Below are positions 47,446 to 52,000 of a stretch of DNA of 52,000 nt, in pieces. The position numbers and the translations under genes were made by a program. Source of the stretch: Nemertoderma westbladi (taxonomy: Eukaryota > Animalia > Xenacoelomorpha). The stretch spans positions 1 to 52,000 of the forward strand of contig JAUCBJ010001423.1 of the NCBI GenBank assembly GCA_032718475.1, read 5' to 3'. Under the pieces are notes generated by a model, which was given only the letters and a program-made list of their open reading frames with translations, was not told the origin of the DNA and ran no database searches. How positions within the stretch are numbered: the stretch's first letter is position 1; each line of letters begins with the position of its first letter.

Positions 47446-48717
47446 ATGCCTCAACCAAGGAGTGGATCGGATGTACCTCAGGACAGCGCTATTCCGAACC
47501 CGCTACACATAAGCTGGTCCGATTCGGCGTGGATCCCAATCCTAAACGTGGGAAACGTTCTCGATTATTTCTCCGAGAAAACAAACCCCTTCTATGATCG
47601 AAGTTGCAACAACGAGGTCATCAAAATGCAGAGATTATCCTTGGACCATCTCCAAACCATGACGGGTTTGGAGTACATACTGCTGCACTCTCAGGAACCC
47701 ATCCTCTACATAGTCCGTAAACAGAACCGAAACGGGCCGGGATTACAGGTGAGCCCACTCGCGGACTATTCCATAATCGCTGGGGTTGTTTACCAGTGCC
47801 CCGACATCAGTTCCCTGATTAATTCCAGAATAAGTAACACGATAGTGGCGCTGCAATCCGCCTTCCAGGAAGCCCAGAGCTACTCGCGGTACCACCCCTC
47901 CAAGGGTTACTGGTGGGAATTCGGCGAAGGGCGAAGCGATAAACCAAAGCCCGAGGAATCCTCCGTCCAAAAAACTAAACATATCGGTAGTAACTTCCAA
48001 CGGCATCGCGTCGACTACCTGCTGGGCGAGATGACTAAAAAGTTCGCGACTACCGGGCCTGAAACAAGCGCCCCTAACCCATCGGAAGTCCCGCCTTCCC
48101 AGTCGTCCGTCTCACGGATTGGTCAGCCTTGTGTTCCCCCTATGATACCTCCTCCTATGAACGCGCCACATATGTACGGAGGGGGGCCACCCCATCCTTC
48201 CATGCTGGAGTCGCATCCAATGAGAGCGGCTTTCGCCTCAATGTCCGATGTTCATCCAATCAGCATGCAGCAAACGATGGCTAATATGAAGTTCACTCCG
48301 CCGCATATGGTTAACATTAGGTTACAGCAGCAGCCAATGGGAGGCTCCTCATTCGACGATATAAACCATCACGGACAGCAGCCTCAACTCTCTGAGGGTT
48401 TTCCACCAGGAAGTCAACCGCGTAGCGCATTCCAGATGCGGGGTGGAACACCTCCCGTTAACCACTTACCCATGTCCAAAGGAGGGCCCACGAGCTCCCT
48501 TCCCCCTTCCATGGGGGACAGCCGACTGCCCCCCGGTATTCCACCTTCCACAACCACACTCGACGGTTTCCCTGGTTCGAACCCCGACCTTCCAGGTCAG
48601 CCTCCCACCACTAACAGTCCTTTCCATCAACGACAGACCAATGCGCCCCTAGCGCAACAAGGCCCCGAATTTGGTGTGTCTGGATCCTCTTCTACTATAA
48701 AATCGGAACCCTTGTAA
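47446..48717 (+). CDS. MED6: Mediator of RNA polymerase II transcription subunit 6, single coding exon, long P/Q/M/G-rich tail
   Basis: [74 protein letters not shown] and FQRHRVD are Med6 signatures. ATG at 47446; AATAAA near 48800. Confidence 0.95.
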   Translation: MPQPRSGSDVPQDSAIPNPLHISWSDSAWIPILNVGNVLDYFSEKTNPFYDRSCNNEVIKMQRLSLDHLQTMTGLEYILLHSQEPILYIVRKQNRNGPGLQVSPLADYSIIAGVVYQCPDISSLINSRISNTIVALQSAFQEAQSYSRYHPSKGYWWEFGEGRSDKPKPEESSVQKTKHIGSNFQRHRVDYLLGEMTKKFATTGPETSAPNPSEVPPSQSSVSRIGQPCVPPMIPPPMNAPHMYGGGPPHPSMLESHPMRAAFASMSDVHPISMQQTMANMKFTPPHMVNIRLQQQPMGGSSFDDINHHGQQPQLSEGFPPGSQPRSAFQMRGGTPPVNHLPMSKGGPTSSLPPSMGDSRLPPGIPPSTTTLDGFPGSNPDLPGQPPTTNSPFHQRQTNAPLAQQGPEFGVSGSSSTIKSEPL

Positions 48718-50570
48718 CTGAAAATATATGTGTACAATTACTATGTATAATGTAGTAAACACTTGCAATGCTTATGTATTTCCAAAGCCCAACCACCTCA
48801 ATAAATAAAATATATATAAAAGCCAACTTTGTTTAATGTTCTAAAATTAAGTACCTAACCTCAATTCAATTTGATGTTCTCAAAGATTCATGTAAATAAA
48901 ATTTAAGAAATTCCACCAAAATCAGCACTTCTTACTACGTTTCTAATGCATACATCTTATTATAATGTGTGTGCAGTAATTTCTTCAATATTCCATTTTG
49001 GAACACAGATTAGTCAAACATCTCAAGTGAAGGGCTACACACATTATTCTTTAATTGAAAGGCCTACTTGTTGAAATAATACCACAAAACCAGGAGAAAA
49101 GGAGTTATTATTTCCCTAGAAAAAAAAGAGTTACTACGTTACTACCCCTAGAATTGAATTGATTTTACTTTCAGGCCGTTATTACGGGCCTGAAGGTTTC
49201 CACTCACCTAGTCAGAAAAATATTAATAAAATTAGCAGGAAGGTTTGAAAACTTTGAACATCATTATCTAAAAATAATATTTATTTATTTTAATCGTATT
49301 AATTAATTATTCTCTGGAACCAAATTGTATGAAATGTTCAGTGTATGTTCTTTTACTAATCTACCATAAATGGAACAAATCTTAGATCACGAAAAACAAC
49401 TAATTTTCTTTTGCAATTTCTACAAATCAGGACAACCAACAAAAGGCTTTGTTCTTGGTACGTGAATAAAGTCTTTCTAAATATTTACCACTCAAATTTG
49501 TTTACAATTCCGTTGCCTTGGTAATAAATATAATCAAAACTTTGATGTAGTGTTTACCAATTCTATATAATACGGAAGCAAACAGCTCTGCCAATAGCCC
49601 CTCAATTAAACTTTAACATACTGTAGGTGTAGGTTCTACAGGAATATAAATCATGCGAAACGTCACGTCACGTCAGTCGGAATATAAATTGTATGTCATT
49701 TGTAAACGACGTGTCAAATTTCCTTTATTATTAGTGTTTCTTATACCAGGTACTGCAAATATAGCAATTTGCAATTTAGGGCGAACGCTCATCAGATACC
49801 AGTGTCGTATATGCTATAACACCCCCCCCCCCCCCCCCCCCCCTAATATATAGTGATAGAGATATTATAATGATCCACCTTATAGTTGCTTGGTACTGTT
49901 AGAAAGTTGGTCATGCAAGGATTCCAAATATGTAACACAATCTGAATTTCGTCGTAAAATAGTATTTTATTATATTTAATTAATACACCATATTCTGAAA
50001 CATTTTGTTTATCCCATACGTAGCCGGGCAACAATGCAATGTTCTAGAATATGGTGTTTTTATTTAATAATAAATTAATCTATTCAAATAAAATAGCCTA
50101 GCGCAGATGAAAAACCATGCAACACTCGAACGCCCATGCCCATATATCAGCTATTTTTCAACGAAATTTATATTGTGTTACATATTTAGAATCCATGCAT
50201 GACAAGATTTCTCACAGCACCAACAAACCTAAGACAGAATAATACCACGCCCGCGATATATACAGATACCAGACACGTAGTAGAATACCTGTTAGTGTAC
50301 ACAAGACCATTGTGAGTAATCGATATCGATATCGATAAGCTGAGGAAAGTCCCTTAATTTTACTTTCCCATCACTCATAAATAAAATTATAGTTCGCGTG
50401 CAGAAAGGAAATTAATTTAGGGCGAAAATTATATTTGAGTCAATAATTTAACAATCTAAAGTGATTATGTATGAATATATAAATATTTTTATTATTATTA
50501 TTAGAGTATTCGGCTTAAACTCAGATTATAATACAGAAAAGCAGAATTACTATCTATATAAAACGTACGG

Positions 50571-51098
50571 CTAGAAAAATTTAACTCCCTCGTTGTCATC
50601 AAAGAATATAAGTTCAGCCTTTTTCTGAGATTCCAACGTCCGTAAAGCGCGAATTAACACATCGTTGTCTAGATCGTGGAACTCCTCATCTGCAGTATCA
50701 TCTCCGGAAGATAACTCGTACAACGTGCATACAGTGTTAGTGAGGCCACTGGACTTAGCCCATCTGTATATAATGTTCCCCCATTCATCTGGAGTTCTCC
50801 ACAATATTGTGCAGCGAGTTTTATTCGCGTCGTTCCATTCTAAATTACCTCGTTTCTTAAGTTCATTAAATATAATTTTTATGGATTCCGCTGTGAGTTT
50901 TCTGTTTATTTCCTTGTTATAGAATAAATCGGAAGCTCCGGCTTCTGTAATGTCTATTGTATATTTTTTGTAATGCTTCGCCCAAGATAGAACTAAGGAA
51001 CACCACGCCTCCATTTGTTTCTTTTTGGTGTCTAAGTTTGGTTGAATCGTAAAGAACGGAGGGAATTTATACTGCCAAGGCCATTCGAAACTTTCCAT
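50571..51098 (-). CDS. VPS25: ESCRT-II subunit VPS25 (EAP20), single coding exon
   Basis: FEWPWQYKFPPFFTIQPN (PPxF motif), NTVCTLYEL and GVKFF C-terminus; 175 aa is full length. Confidence 0.97.
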   Translation of the reverse strand: MESFEWPWQYKFPPFFTIQPNLDTKKKQMEAWCSLVLSWAKHYKKYTIDITEAGASDLFYNKEINRKLTAESIKIIFNELKKRGNLEWNDANKTRCTILWRTPDEWGNIIYRWAKSSGLTNTVCTLYELSSGDDTADEEFHDLDNDVLIRALRTLESQKKAELIFFDDNEGVKFF

Positions 51099-52000
51099 GA
51101 CTTGACTTACTGACTTAGGCTACCGGTAGTGCTTACTTGCTTAGCGGATAGGCCTCTATTCACTATTGGATACTGGGATATCTGGATATGTTTTACTTGA
51201 AGATGAAGACTTTGTCTGGCTTCTTGTATTTATGGTAGTGGGTAGAATTGTTTGAATAACCACTAAACTTCCAACTTCCTGACTTCGGCGACAGGCTGAC
51301 AGGGTGATGCCGAAAATGCAATGCACAACACCAACTGAACTGAAATAGAGTAGGCCCTACCAGTACCGCTGTACCGGCAACAGGGCAAGCAGGCCTACAA
51401 AGTATGAAATAAACAGTCAGACAGTGGATATAAACCTGTAAACGGACAAAGGCTTCTTACAGTAACTGTAAACTGTACTCCAACTGTCCAGTCCATAGGC
51501 CTTCTTGAGTACTGCACTGTTTTTTTACTGCTACTGATTTTTTTGTATTGTCTATTTGCAACATTTCGTGAAAGTTTTTCAATTTTGGGTGATGGGTTCT
51601 CATTTTTTAGGCACCTAAAAATTTTGGTCTCTCAAAGTTTTAATTGGGGGGGGGGGGGGGGGATTCATTTACCCACCCTGTTTATTTGTTTGTTCTTGTT
51701 GTCATATTTATTTCTTTTATCGAGTAAAGTTGATTCCTGTGGTAATTGTATTGTTTACATGGTAACCATTGACGCCGTAACTTTACAGCTCGCCGCCATT
51801 GGTTATAAACATGGGACATTACAACACCCACTACAATAATTGTACAGGCCAATACAATGCTGTAATATCCTCTAAGGTTGTAAAGTGCTAAATAACAACT
51901 CGCTGTTAATACTAACGGCGTTGAGTAATTTTTTGATTTTGGAATAAAATATATTATATAACACAATGACATGGGATACTGTAGAGCTATACGATTGTCA

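Overview
AT-rich eukaryotic (probably invertebrate animal) DNA packed with transposable elements. The backbone is a direct segmental duplication (copy A <1-12807, copy B 24286-45710, plus a third fragment 21284-22170). It carries two diverged C2H2 zinc-finger genes (19 vs 15 fingers, non-TGEKP linkers, N-terminal tandem IKKE repeats). The copies differ by many insertions: TIR elements with 8-bp, TA or TTAA target duplications, foldback elements and LINE/SINE remnants. A 6.8-kb piggyBac element, whose transposase is split by a 5'-truncated LINE, lies between the copies. A young 7.2-kb LTR element has a fragmented gag-like frame, no pol, no tRNA-type PBS (a self-complementary PBS candidate instead) and two arrays of tandem hairpins. 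The right end holds two convergent genes with intron-free coding regions, MED6 (with a long low-complexity tail) and VPS25. All calls come from reading the sequence; no searches were run.
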